A stretch of DNA of 60,126 nt, the filler included, from Basidiobolus meristosporus CBS 931.73 (taxonomy: Eukaryota; Fungi; Basidiobolomycota), in assembly GCA_002104905.1 (NCBI GenBank). It is 3 parts of 3 records of this genome, joined end to end, with 100 filler letters (N's around TTAATTAATTAA, not from the genome) between each part and the next. Parts side by side here need not be neighbours in the genome. Positions count along the whole stretch, not along the records: positions 19,344 to 44,042 come from MCFE01000943.1; positions 44,143 to 60,126 come from MCFE01001137.1; 1 more part is not named here. One strand, 5' to 3'. Made by a program: the position numbers and the translations under genes. The notes under the pieces were generated by a model, which had not been told where the DNA came from, made no database searches, and saw nothing but the letters and a program-made list of their open reading frames with translations. Below are positions 36,001-48,841 of the stretch, piece after piece (position 1 is the first letter of the stretch; each line of letters begins with the position of its first letter).

Positions 36001-36601
36001 TGGTAAAATTGAATAGAATTCAGCAAAAAAAAGTTGTATTCAAGAGAGAATTTTGTTAAAGCTCTTGAATAATTAACTGTGTCAAAGTGACAATTAAGTG
36101 CAGAATCTTAGAGATGTCAAAGAGTGGTGGGAAGTTTAGCACAAAGATTCAGGTCCAATATTGGTCTTGTATACTGCTGAATTTGGCTATAAAGGCAACA
36201 GAGTTACTTTGCTATGCAGGCTAGGCTTGGTGTTCTTGGGGGTGCTAAAAGTGCTATACTTGGATAACAACTTCAACAGAATTATGACATTCTTAATTTT
36301 TGCTGATACACAATTTTGATTTGGTTGGGACACACACCAAACCACAGGGCTTGGTAATCTTTATTTGTACTTTTCTGATTGAGCTGAGTTAATAAGCCCC
36401 AAGAGACTGGATTAATTGAAATCCTTTTGGGTGTTGGTAGGTGCATAAGATAAATGAAAATTGCATCATCCATTGGCTGATGCATTGGCAACTACTCAGT
36501 GCTAGGACTGATCTTGAATGATCAATAACTTGGAAATATGTGGCAGATCAGCTGAGGATAGAAGGACCACATGAAAATTGACCAGGTGTGACAGTTGAAA
36601 G

Positions 36602-39600
36602 TGTTGCAAAAGTTTGTAATTCTACCTATATATTCACCTAACTTATTCACTTAGATCATTATCTTCAAATCCTAAAATATACTGACCAAAATCTTTGTTG
36701 GGATTTACTTGGAACATATTTGCCAAAATATCAGATACCCAGAACATGAAAATTCATAAAGTTGCTCAAACAGCCCCAAGCTTTGCATACATGCTCTTGG
36801 AACCTTCCTAAAGCTATTCTTTGTGCTTGTTATGCCAAGACCATGTAAATGTATAGATATTACTTTTACATTCAATACATCATTAAGTGAAGACCACATT
36901 ATCTACTTGTTCTCTCAATCACCTCCAATATCTCAAAGCCTCTTACAAAGGTTATGAGCCCTGAGCTCTCATGCTGCTACAAGAAAGAGGCCTTTGGGAT
37001 ATTGTCATGGGAGAAGAATGCCCTCCTAAAATGTGGGAGAGGGAACTTTAAAGTACCAAAAGAAAGAACAAAGTACCTTTGATTGCATTTGCCATAATGT
37101 CAATGACAGATTGCTAATTCAATGCTCAAGAGCAGAAACAGCAAAAATGCCCAGAAGGCATTAGAAGACACCTACCAGTCATGTTCAACTGCCAAGAATA
37201 TATATCTTAGACAAAAATTCTTCAATACAAGGATGTTGCCAGGAGAAGAAATGAAAATCTAATTAACAGAATTACCCTGCAGGTGGATGAGATGGAATTT
37301 ATGGGCATACCAACTACTGATGAGGATGTGACAGTAACCATCTCAAATAGGCTGACAGACAAGTTTCAGGGCCTTGTTTCAGCTCCAGAGTCCAGAACTG
37401 TAGATTTGACCTTAAATTTTGTGGATGGAAGGCCCCTGGATGAAGAATTAAGAAAATCAAGTGCCAATAAGAAGGAAAAGGAAAATGCTCTGATATGCAA
37501 TGATAACCAACAAAGGAGATACCCAAGACCTTTCAAAGGCAATAGCAACCTGTCTTACAACTAATGCAAAAGGAAAGGAAACATCAGACTGGTGCCTGAA
37601 AAACAGTGATACTCAGCAGAAATAGCCTCAATATGGAAATGCTGCAACAACTGAAGATATATTATTCATATCTGCACCAAGTATGACTGCAAACAAGGAT
37701 TCTCAGATAGGGTATATTGAATATGGAGTAACTCAAGACTTTACACACCAAAAAGAACTTTTTACCCAATATCAAGAAACTCAAATTAAGAAGGTCTTCA
37801 TGGGTGCCAATAGAACACTTGATGCAGTGGGGAAAAGTCATACAAGTAAACTTCAGAAGCAGTGAAGGAAGCCATACACTGACCTTTGAAGAGGTACTGT
37901 ATGTACCAGAAATGGCTAAGAACCTACTATCTGTAAGCAAGGCCACAGCAGAAGGACTCAGTTTCATTTTGACAACTCTGGATGCAGGATTATGGAGCAA
38001 AATGGTACTTATATTGCTGTGGGTATAAGAGATTGGAATCTGTATAAGTTGACTTATATTCCATCATATCTGGAAGCCAATATAAGTAACTTAAATGAAG
38101 AAACACTAATGCTGTGGCACAGAAGATTTGGACACATCAATTTTGATTATTTGTGCAAAATGATTAAATATCAGCTAGTTTCCAGGGTAAAATTGGTCCC
38201 CCAGCTAATATGAAGCACTGTATATCCTGCATATATGGGAAACAAGCCAGACAACTGTTTAAGAGCTCTAGGGTAATCACAACTGCGAAAAAACTAGATC
38301 TAACCAACTCAGATCTGTGTGGACCTATGCTAAATTTATCTTCAGGCAGGATGAAGTATTTAATCACTTGTATTGATGATTATACAAGATACATGTGGGT
38401 CTACTTCAAGGAGAGAAAGGATGAAGCCCTGTCTAAATTCAGGGGGTTTAAAGCCATGGTGGCCGGAGAAACTGGTGAAAAATCAAGAAAATATGCTCAG
38501 ACAATGGTGGAGAATATACCTCCAAACTCTACATCTACTTCTGCAAAAGTCATGGGATAAAGCAAGAGACTGCTGTACTATACTCTCCACAGCAAATTGG
38601 AGTAGCAGAATGATCAAATTAATCAATAGTTGATATGGTGAGATCTATGTTCCAAGATCAAATATTATCCTATGATTTTTGAGCATAATCAGTTGCCACA
38701 GCTGTATACCTTAAAAGTAGGAATTTTAACAGAATACTTTGTGATTCTACTCAGTTTAAGGCGTGCTAGTATACAGACCAAGTGCAGAACATCTAAGAAT
38801 ACTTGGGTACACAGCCTATATTAAGAAACTGCGTGGAAATCAGTCAAAACTGAGCCAAGAGTGCAAAATGCATTTTTTTGGGCCACTTCAATATGAGTAG
38901 AGTATAGAGACTCTACAATACTAGAGAAAAAGATTATCAAGTCTTGGGATATGTTGTTTGATGAAAATGCTAAATTTCCACAAAAGATGGCTTTAGTTGA
39001 TTGCAAAAATCTGATGTCAAGTCCACTGATTGTCAAGATTGAATTAGAGCAAAACAGTGAAGGTTTTTTTGCTCCAGAGGACTTTACAACCATGTTTCAG
39101 CCTAAATTTGTGTCCAGAAATATCCTAGTAGAGATCATTATAGTATCAAGTGCCTGGAGATCCAGCCAGACAAGAAATAGCCCAGATTACTATATCAATT
39201 AGAGTACAAACTTAGCCTATGTTTATTCAGTCCATATTGATGAACCCCAGACTGTAAAAGAGGCCCTAAATAGCCCTCAGACAAAGCTTTGGAGATCTGC
39301 AATGACTGAGTAATATCTGGCCCTGATGGAAAATCAAACTAGAGACTTAGTTAAATTACCATACAACCAAAAATCAATTGGATGCAGATGGGTCTTTAAG
39401 ACAATATACAAGGCTGATAGTACAATTGAAAGATGCAAAGTAAGACTTGTGGCCAAAGGAAACTCTCAAACAAAAGGACTTGACTATACTGAGACATTTG
39501 TATCAGTAGCCACATTGAATTGCATCAGATTAACATTGGCTATTGCAGCCAAATTCAAGTTTTTTAAACATCAAATGCATGTAAAAACTGCATTTTGAAC

Positions 39601-41663
39601 AGAGAACTTGATTAGGATATGTATATGCACCAGCCTGATGGGTTTGCTGACCACAGTAATCCCCATCTGACCTGCAAGCTTACAAAGTCTCTATATGGAC
39701 CAAAGAATTACAGAGAACCTGGAACTTCAAAATAGATTCTTATTTGGAATCTTTGAGTTTCAAAAGGAGTAATTCTGACTTTAGTATATACTATAAGCCA
39801 GATAGTGCAAATCCAGTTCTATTAGCTCTATATGTGGATGATCATATTATAGCCATCAATAACCTAGAAACATTGGAAGAGACTAAATCCAGCCTATCTG
39901 AGGAGTTCAAGATGTCCAATCTAGGAGAACTCAGTTACTACTAAGGGATAAGATATACTAAAGAAGTACCAAATGGAAGATTGTAAACTGGCAGCCCACT
40001 GTCATGATCACATATTATCCCTGGCCTCCAATTATCAAGCCAAATCAAGTCAGCAAAGAAGTCCAAGTTCCTTCTAGAAAGTTTTACTACATTTTAGCAA
40101 CTTCTTGAAAGCTCCAAGTCAACAATACACAATGGAACATTTTATGGAAGCTTCCCATTGGAATTTCTGTAGTCCCATACCCTATATGGTAATTACATGG
40201 CATATGACCTGGTCACATAATTAGCCAACCCCTGACATATCCCCATGTGATATTCTAGCTTGTTCTTTTGTATATTTTTATCTTGGCACACTTACTGTGC
40301 CTCACCCCAGAACCCCATTAGTATTAGCCAATATCTCTTAGCATCCATATTGCCCAAGAGTATTTATAGTCCTATCCACCTTTATGTATTCCTCAGTCTG
40401 ATAAACACAGGTCTTGAATAAACAGCCTTGCCTTGGAGATTCACCTTACCTTGAAAACATGCCTTACCTTGTTGATCCACACCTAAGTTCTTTCCTGGTC
40501 CTGCCTTGCCTAGCCCTACTCTCCTGCCTTGTGTCTATTCATAACAGCTACCCCAATGGAGACAAACCTTAACTTGGTCAAAACTAACCAAATACAGAGA
40601 GCTTGGTGTCATCTGAAAGCCCTGAGTTGCTTTGTCAGTCTATGGTCAGCAGTATGATGTATATCATTCTTGGAACATGTCCAGATGTCTCATATTCAGT
40701 GGGAGTTGCTAGCAGCATAATCAAAACTATGGATCTGATCATATTGCAGCAGTTAAGCAGATTTTCAGATACCTAAAAGGAACTGCTGATATCTGCTTAA
40801 GATACACTAATAAGGATACAGAACAGAATCTTGTGGGATACTCTGATGCTGATTGGGGACAAAATGTGGTAGACAGAAGATCCACCACAGTATACACCTT
40901 TCTTTACTTCAAAGGAGTAATTTCATGGAATTAAAGAAAGAAACCTGCTGTGGCACTTTCTACCACAGAGGCAGAGTATATGGCAGCCTGTGAGGCTACA
41001 AAAGAAGCAATGTGGTTAAGGAAGCTTATTCAAGATTTAGGCATATGTCAAAAAAAGCCCATTACTTTATTTCAAGATGATCAAGGATGTTCACAATTAG
41101 GTAGAAATCCAACTTTTCATGATAGTGCTAAGCCCATAGATATAAGACACCACTTCATATGTGAAGTAATAGAGAATAACTTGGTTGACTTAGCTTACTG
41201 TCCTACAGATGAAATAATTGCAGACATATTCTCCAAACCATTAGCTAGAGACAAGTTTGAATATCTTAGGTCAAAATTAGGACTAGTCAGTATGAACATT
41301 TAGCTGAGTGGGAGTGTTGTAAAAGTTTGTGATTCCACCTTAATTTTCACCTGAGATAGTCACTTAGATTGGTACCTTCAAATCCTAAAGAATACTGACC
41401 AAAATCCTTGCCAGGATTTACTTAAAATATTTTCACCAGAGTATCAGGTACCTAGAACATGAAGATTCTCAAAGTTGTCCAAACAGCCCCAAACTTAGCA
41501 CACATGCTCTTGAGACCATGCTAAGCACATTCTATGTGTTTGTCATGTCAAGACCATGCAAAAGTATATATACTACTTTTACATTCAATAAATCATCAAG
41601 TGAAAACCACATTATCTACCTGTTCTCCCAATCACTTTCAATATCTCCAAGTCTCTGACAACA
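36602..41663 (+). mobile_element. Full-length but degenerate Ty1/copia copy C3 (5' LTR 36602-36949, PBS, gag-pol, PPT, 3' LTR 41315-41663)
   Basis: PBS GGTTATGAGCCC; integrase HCISCIYGKQ and DLCGPM..CIDDYTRYMWVY; RT SIGCRWVFKT; RNaseH LSTTEAEYMAACEA; PPT gctgagtgggag. Flanks GAAAG/AAGAG do not form a TSD. Confidence 0.93.
40000..40546. mobile_element. Solo LTR, family C, inserted in the RT of copy C3
   Basis: TGTCATGA...TTCATAACA termini and AATAAA near 40398. RT resumes after an imperfect duplication (gcccac / gctac). Confidence 0.78.
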
Positions 41664-41899
41664 AAGAGTATATTTGGAGATGTGGTAAAGTACACAAATA
41701 CTGGGATTGGGTATGTCTGGGTCAGGGAAAATCAGTCAAGGGAATAGATTCTTTAACAGAGTAAAATTGACCAAGTTTTGAATTTTGATGCACAACATCA
41801 GCTGATATTGTTAAAATGGATATGAAGATAGGACAGAATGAATCACAACCAGAATTAGTTATACCTTAGTTAGGGAAAACCAGTTAGGGAGCTAGATTT

Positions 41900-42858
41900 T
41901 GTAACTTGGTAAATATGGCCAAGTCTTGCATGTTGATGCACAACACCATCTCATCAACCAAGAGGGTAATCTGGTAATGAAAGTTCTGGTTTCATCAGCT
42001 GGGAGCCCCTTTGTAGTGAAGCATTTTCTCATGGGGTGTTCTCTTGGCAACTGTACCAGATGGATAGGTGTCTTCTAATGCTTTTCAGGCATTCCTAGCA
42101 GCTTTTGCTCTTGGGGTTGAATCACTGTACACTATTGCAATTAAGACAAATGCAGTTGAAAACATGTTGTTCTTTCTTTTACACTGTAATATACTGTCAA
42201 CTTGGGATTTAGCAGATAATCAACTGGCATTCTGCTGGTGTTTCACTGGCTTTCACTGAATTTTATTTCTAAGGGTCTAGTACTTTCAGGTTTCTTCTAC
42301 ACTTAAAGGTAGGTATTGTTCTCCCATGACAGCATCCCAATGGTCTCTTTCCTGAAGCATCATCCACGTCATCACCTTTAGAATCTGGTTGTCAGTTCCA
42401 TTCCACTTTTTGGCATAGGGAGAAATTCTATTTGTAGCAGTTGCAGACACTCCAAAGAGTTCCAGCCTGAGGTTCATTGTGTATTGTGAAAGTCTTGGAG
42501 ATATTGAGCATAACTTGAAGAACAAGTAGATATCATGGGTTTGACTAGTTGACTGATTGAATGCAATGCCTGAGAATCAAGTGAAATCCAAGTTTGGGTG
42601 TTTCATAGGATACTTTGACCTGGTCTTGACATGTTGGACAAGAAAACTGCTTCTATGACAATCCCAAGATCAGGTGTGCAGAGTTGAGGGCTGGTTGAAC
42701 ATCATTATAATACTGATGTCCAGAGTGCCTGGTATTTTGGGGTATATCCAAAGTAAATCCCAACAAGGAATTTGGCCAGATTTCACAAAGATTTGTGGAC
42801 TGGGATCCAAGTGACCTAGTTAAGCAAGTGATTAGGTGTGATGACAAAGTTTACAACA
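41900..42858 (-). mobile_element. Older related copia: 5' LTR (about 42482-42858) plus gag N-terminal fragment
   Basis: LTR starts TGTTGTAAACTTTG and shares the ccaaattccttgttgggatttact block; gag KWNGTDNQILKVMTWMMLQERDHWDAVMG. Confidence 0.7.
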
Positions 42859-44042
42859 GCACAGGACCCAAGGAGTTTTCAAATGCCAACCAGGCTGTGT
42901 ATGCATTTATGGGTCCAAGACTCACAAAGTCAATCTTCTTACTTTTCTTGGCATGTACCAGTGAAGTAACAAAGACACTATTCTGACATGATGAGGCATG
43001 GTGTGAATGGCAAATAGCCCAACTTCACATCCCACCACATCTAATTCCACTAACATCCCCACACCACTCAAGGCACATTGGGGAAGGCAAGTAGCTTTCA
43101 AGGCCTTGTCAACTCCAAGAATGACCACACACCTTGCAACACAGGTGTAGGGTCTACATTTCATCACTCACATATTGACCAAGTTACCCCTTAAGGTCCA
43201 TTATAACAGAGGCACCAATTTATGCAAATGCATGCTCTTGCCAGGGCAGCCAAGCTTTATGTTAGCAATACCATTCCACCTGCTCAAGGAACCCCCCCAT
43301 CATGTGTAGAAACACTCTGGTTCTCCTAATAGCAGTAGAATGAGACAGAGGGAAATGTGGCAGATTATAAGTTGTAATCTGGCATCTATATCAGTTGAGT
43401 TGGTCAGCAAGCCTCCAATACTGATGTTAAAGGTGACTTATCAGGGCAGCAGGTTGTATCCAAGGAAGTAGTGAGGCTTGGTAGCCACAGCTTGTATCAC
43501 AAATCCCCAATCCGGTAACAAAAATGATGAGAGATGGTTCACGGCCTGTATCCGTCTATGCATGGATCTCAGCTGGGTGGACGTAAGACATTTAGTGAGC
43601 AGCCACCACTCCAAGTTCAACTCTACACAGGGTACAAACAAATCGAGGGGGGAGGTCTTCCGAAAGATCAAATGGCACTGGAAACATCCAAATCTCCTTC
43701 CCTGATGACCGTTTATCTATTTTAGATGGTGTTGATGGTCCCCACACTGTTTGGTCACCGACTACAAATACAATGCACGAAGGGTGCTGCATGAATGATT
43801 GATCACGGGGGCCAATCGCATTCCGCTGGATGAAAAAGGGCCCCCCCCCGAAAATACGGGGTCCAAACGGAGGGGATGAGGATGGGTTGATATTCCAGGC
43901 CACGAAATCGGCCCTTCATCAAACCAGGAGAGCTTGTTGCGAGGGACCCAACTAGGTTACCACCACCGACCATGACGGAACTTCACGATCTTCCTGGAGA
44001 ACGAGTTCGAGTGGACAAGAGCATCTACGAGCAGTGGCTTAT

Positions 44043-44142
44043 NNNNNNNNNNNNNNNNNNNNNNNNNNNNNNNNNNNNNNNNNNNNTTAATTAATTAANN
44101 NNNNNNNNNNNNNNNNNNNNNNNNNNNNNNNNNNNNNNNNNN
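44043..44142. other. Artificial contig-joining spacer
   Basis: 44 N + TTAATTAATTAA + 44 N. Confidence 0.97.
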
Positions 44143-46350
44143 AATTCAAAGTTTTCACAAAAAATGACATCAGATGATGACGAAAATTTGATCTCAAGCC
44201 CACCAATTGTCAGGATTGAATCAGAGCAAAACAATGAAAATTTTTTCACTCCAGAGGACTCTACAACCGTGGTTCAGCCAGAATCAGTGCCCAGGAATAT
44301 CCCAGAAGTGATCATTCCAGTATCAAATGCCCGGAGATCAAATTGGACAAGAAATAGCCCAAATTACTATATCAATGAGGGTACAAACTTAGCCTATGCC
44401 TACTCAGTCCATATTGATGAACCCCAGACTGTAAAAGAGGCCCTAAATAGCCCTCAGACAAAGTTTTGGAGATCTGCAATGACTGAGGAATATCAGGCAC
44501 TGATGGAAAATCAAACTTGGGACTTAGTCAAATTACCAATCAACCAAAAATCAATTGGATGCAGATGGGTCTTCAAGACAAAATACAAGGCTGATGGTAC
44601 AATTTAAAGATACAAAGCAAGACTTGTAGCCAAAGGATACTCTCAAACAAAAGGACTTGACTATACTGAGACCTTTGCACTGGTAGCCAAGTTTAATTCC
44701 ATCAGATTAATATTGGCTATTGCAGCCAAATATAAGTTTTTTATTCATCAAATGGATGTAAAAACTGCATTTTTGAATGGAGAACTTGATGAGGACGTGT
44801 ATATGGACCAGCCTGATGGGTTTGTTGACCAAGATAACCCCCATTTGGTCTGCAAGCTTAAAAAGTCACTATATGGTCTCAAACAATCACCAAGAGCCTG
44901 GAATTGCAAGATAGATTCTTATTTGGAATCTTTGAGTTTCAAAAGAAGTAATGCTGACTATAGTATATACTATAAGCCAGATAGAGCAAATCCAGTTCTA
45001 TTAGCTCTATATGTGGATGATCTTATTATAGCTGCCAATAACCTAGAAACATTGGAAGAGACAAAATCCAGCCTATCTAAGGAGTTCAAGATGTCCAATC
45101 TAGGAGAACTTAGTTACTACTTAGGGATTAAGTTCTCCATAGACAGAAGTACCCAGACTATTACCCTAAGCCAATCCAAGTATATTCAAGATATACTAAA
45201 GAAGTACAAAATAGAAGACTGTAAACCAGCAGCTACCCCAATGGAGACAAACCTTAACTTGGTCAAAACTCAACCAAATCAAGAGAGCTTGGTGCCATCT
45301 GAAAGCCCTGACTTTCCTTATCAATCTATGGTCGGCAGTCTGATGTATATCATGCTTGGAACACGTCCAGATATCTCATATTCAGTGGGAGTTGTCAGCC
45401 AACATAATCAGAACTATGGATCTGATCATATTGCAGCAGTTAAGCAGATTTTTAGATACCTAAAAGGAACTGCTGATATTTGCTTAAGATACACTTATAA
45501 GGACTCAGAACAAAATCTTGTGGGATACTCTGATGCAGATTGGGGACAAAATTTGGAAGACAGAAGATCCACCACAGGATACACCTTTCTTTACTGTAAA
45601 GGAGCAATTTCATGGAATTCAAGAAAGCAACCAACCGTAGCACTTTCCACCACAGAGGCAGAGTATATGGCAGCCTGTGAAGCTACAAAAGAAGCAATGT
45701 GGTTAAGAAAGCTCTTTACAGATTTAGGCCTATGTCAAAAAACGCCTATTACTTTATTTCAAGATAATCAAGGATGTATACAATTAGGTAGAAATCCAAC
45801 TTTTCATGCTAGAACCAAGCACATAGATATTAGACATCATTTCATATGTGAAGCTATAGAGAATAACTTAGTTAGCTTAGTTTACTGTCCTACAGATGAA
45901 ATGATTGCAGACATATTTACCAAACCATTAGCTAGAGACAAGTTTGAATATCTTAGGTCAAAATTAGGACTAGTCAGTATGAACATTTAGCTGAGTGGGA
46001 GTGTTGTAAAAATTCGTATTTCCACCTAAATATTCACCTAACTTAGTCACTTAGATCATTACCTTCAAATCCTAGAGAATACTGACCAAATTCCTTGTCG
46101 GGATTTACTTAGAATATTTTCACCAAAATACCAGGTACCCAGAACATGAAAATTCTCAAAGTTGTCCAAACAGCCCCAAACTTTGCTCACATGTTCTTGG
46201 GACCTTTCTTAACCTATTCTACGTGTTTGTTATGCCAAGACCAGGTAAAAGTATAAATACTACTTTTACAATCAATAAATTATTATGTGAAAACCACATA
46301 ATCTACTTGTTCTCCAAATCACTTCCAATATCTCCAAGACTCTGACAACA
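44143..46350 (+). mobile_element. Youngest Ty1/copia copy C4: RT-RNaseH, PPT and 3' LTR (46002-46350); 5' part off-contig
   Basis: ORFs 44164-44607 and 44713-45990 are one frame broken by a single TAA at 44605. Motifs QMDVKTAFLNG, LKKSLYGLKQSPRAW, LYVDD, GYSDADW, STTEAEY, ADIFTKPL. The LTR retains several CpGs. Confidence 0.96.
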
Positions 46351-46697
46351 GTAGAGGCAGTAGCAGGCTGGCAAGCATCAAGTAGTTCACAGAGTCCTTC
46401 TTGTGATTATTGATACCTTTGTGGGTAGCACAGTTAGTTGTGGCAACTACATCTTCACAACAGGTTGCATAGAAAGGGACCATGCTGGGCAATCAGAGGC
46501 TCTGAAGGATCCTGGTTCAGTTCCTGAGAAGAGTTCCACTTCATATGTAAAGTAGAGGGCAGCAGCAGAAGGGCAGATCCAGTCAACACATCTATACTCA
46601 GATTGAGCACCCAGTGACAGCAGATGGCATTCTCTCAGAAAGCTCAGTAGAAATGTAGACCTTGGCTTCATTCTGGCAGTTGAAGTAGACTTTATCT

Positions 46698-47046
46698 TAT
46701 TGTAAGAGTCTTGGAGATATTAGAAGTGACTGGGAGAACAAGTAGATTATGTGGTTTTCACTCAATGATTTATTGAATGTAAAAGTAGTAATTATACTTT
46801 TTAATGGTCCTGGCATAGTGAGCATATGGAATAGAGTTAGGAAGGTCCCAAGAGCATGTGTGCAAAGTTTGGGGCTGTTTGCACAACTTAGAGTATTCTC
46901 ATCAAAATATCAGGTACCCCAAAGCATGAAAATTCTCAAAGTAAATCTCAACAAGGAGTTTGGTCAGTATTCTCTAAGATTTGTAGGTAAATATCAAGTG
47001 ACTAAGTTAGGTGAGTATTTAGGGGGAATTACAGATTTCTACAACA
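46698..47046 (-). repeat. Copia-family LTR, no TSD evident
   Basis: Reverse complement aligns to 46002-46350. Confidence 0.88.
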
Positions 47047-47099
47047 CTAGTCCCCTACTCAAAAATATGTCTGCTTATTGGCCAAATAGCTAGTACCTG

Positions 47100-47400
47100 A
47101 GTTATTGAGATATGTAAGCTGGGAGAAACCTGGAATTTTGCTGATATTATGATATCAAACTGCTGGCCTAACCCTAAATAGCATGTAGAATTTGTATAGA
47201 AAGATCCCAAGATTATGTGTGTAGATCTTGGGGCTGTTTGGAAAACTTTGAGAAATTTCATGCTCTGGGTATTTACTACTTTGGTGAAGATATTTTGAGT
47301 AAATCCTGGCAAGGGATTTGGTCAAAATTCTCTATGATTTGTAGGTAATGATCAAAATGCCTATATCAGGTCAATATTTAGATGTAATCACAAAATTTAG
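47100..47400 (-). repeat. Old copia LTR relic
   Basis: cttggggctgtttggaaaactttgagaaatttcatg, gtaaatcctggcaaggg and ggtaatgatc blocks match the LTR family. Confidence 0.65.
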
Positions 47401-47689
47401 AGCAAATAGTGCCCAGCATTTTTGTAACCTGCTACAGACCCTGGCAGCTAGATTTAGAGTTCTATGGTATTGAGTACCAAATGCATGACTTCAGTTGCTG
47501 TGCACTTTTACACATCATGAACAACATGGATCCCAAAAAATGGGCAAAAAGTGAACAACACAATGGGTGAAGCACAAGGGCTACTTTTCATGAAGATATA
47601 GAGCTATGTCTCACTGCCTGCAGGCAATTTTAGGTCTACTATTCCTCTCTGGTGCACTTTGGCACCATGCCAAAGAACAAGTGTATAGG

Positions 47690-47945
47690 AAGTGATTGGC
47701 AGAACAAGTGGATATGTGGTTTTCACCTCATGATATATTGAATATAAAGAGTATTTATACTATGACATGGTGTTGGCAAAGCAAGCATGTAGAATATGTT
47801 TAACAAGGCCCCAAAAGCATGTAAGCAAGGCTTGGGGCTGTTTGGCCAACTTTCAACTTTTCATGCTTTGGGTACCTGATGTTTGGTAAGAAGATTTCAA
47901 GTAAATCTTGGCAACAAATTTGGTCAGAAATACCTAATATTTGTA
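47690..47945 (-). repeat. Old copia LTR relic
   Basis: ggaagtgattggcagaacaagt, atgtggttttcac, ttggggctgtttgg and gggtacctg blocks. Confidence 0.7.
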
Positions 47946-48124
47946 GCCTCGGTAGCTGCCAATGCTTGTCTAGCTTCCAAGTACGGTATGGTGATATCCA
48001 AGATTTCCATCTCTTAATAACAGCAAATACTTTGAATTGAAAGAATATGGAGCGTAACTGCTACACAAAGTAGATGGAAGCTTTATTGGCATAGTATCAT
48101 TTACGAGGACGGAGCAATCATGCA

Positions 48125-48841
48125 TCAGTATCCAACCTTCTTAGTTGACAGGGCAAATACGTGAATGTGACCTTTGATACCTTTCTGGTAGGGATGGACG
48201 TCATAGACTTCTTTAGCTGTGGGGAACTCTACATAGGCAATTTCTTTGCTAGGATCAAGATCCACTTCGGCAATGTAAATTCGAACATCACCACCATTGG
48301 TTGCAGCCAATCCGTTGATTGCAATCTTGTTCCCAGGTGCCAACTCAATTTTCCATTTCCAGTCCGAGGAGCCCACTCTCTCCACCTGGGTGGTACAATC
48401 CGTATAGACGACCTTGAACTTCCCACCAAAGTTGCCCATGTCGCTTGACAAGAGAAATCCAAGTCGAGTGGCTCCCGGTACTGAGGTAACCTTAACCTTT
48501 TGACCACCTTCGATCCAGTTATCCTTCTTGGCTTTACCCCAATAAGGCAGAGTAAACTTGTAACCATTTACTTGGACAACTTTTCCGGGACCCCAACCAA
48601 CTTTTAACAATGAGGAAGCCTTATATCCAGGCCCCCATTTGGCCACTACATCAAAGTTTGCGGGGTCCGTTTTCTGGTCTAAAGAGATGGCCTTATTATT
48701 GAATGGAGCTTGAGTATTGGGCGCGTCGCATCTCTTTTCCTCCTCGTAAGACTCCCCATAGCCTCCCTCTTCACCATAATCACCACCTAGTACAAGCTGA
48801 GCGGTAGCAGCAAGAACAATCAGCGAGTATAGGAAGCGCAT
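48125..48841 (-). CDS. Secreted protein: signal peptide, acidic pro-region, KR site, then a domain resembling the C-terminal accessory domain of actinobacterial glycosidases; intronless
   Basis: 238-aa ORF MRFLYSLIVLAATAQLVLG; EEEKR; motif series FNNKAIS..ANFD, DNWIEGGQ, LGFL, VVYTDCTT, SDW, LDPSKEIAYVEFP, HIHVFALS. CpG-normal composition. Domain assignment is from memory of the motif pattern only. Confidence 0.8.
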   Translation of the reverse strand: MRFLYSLIVLAATAQLVLGGDYGEEGGYGESYEEEKRCDAPNTQAPFNNKAISLDQKTDPANFDVVAKWGPGYKASSLLKVGWGPGKVVQVNGYKFTLPYWGKAKKDNWIEGGQKVKVTSVPGATRLGFLLSSDMGNFGGKFKVVYTDCTTQVERVGSSDWKWKIELAPGNKIAINGLAATNGGDVRIYIAEVDLDPSKEIAYVEFPTAKEVYDVHPYQKGIKGHIHVFALSTKKVGY

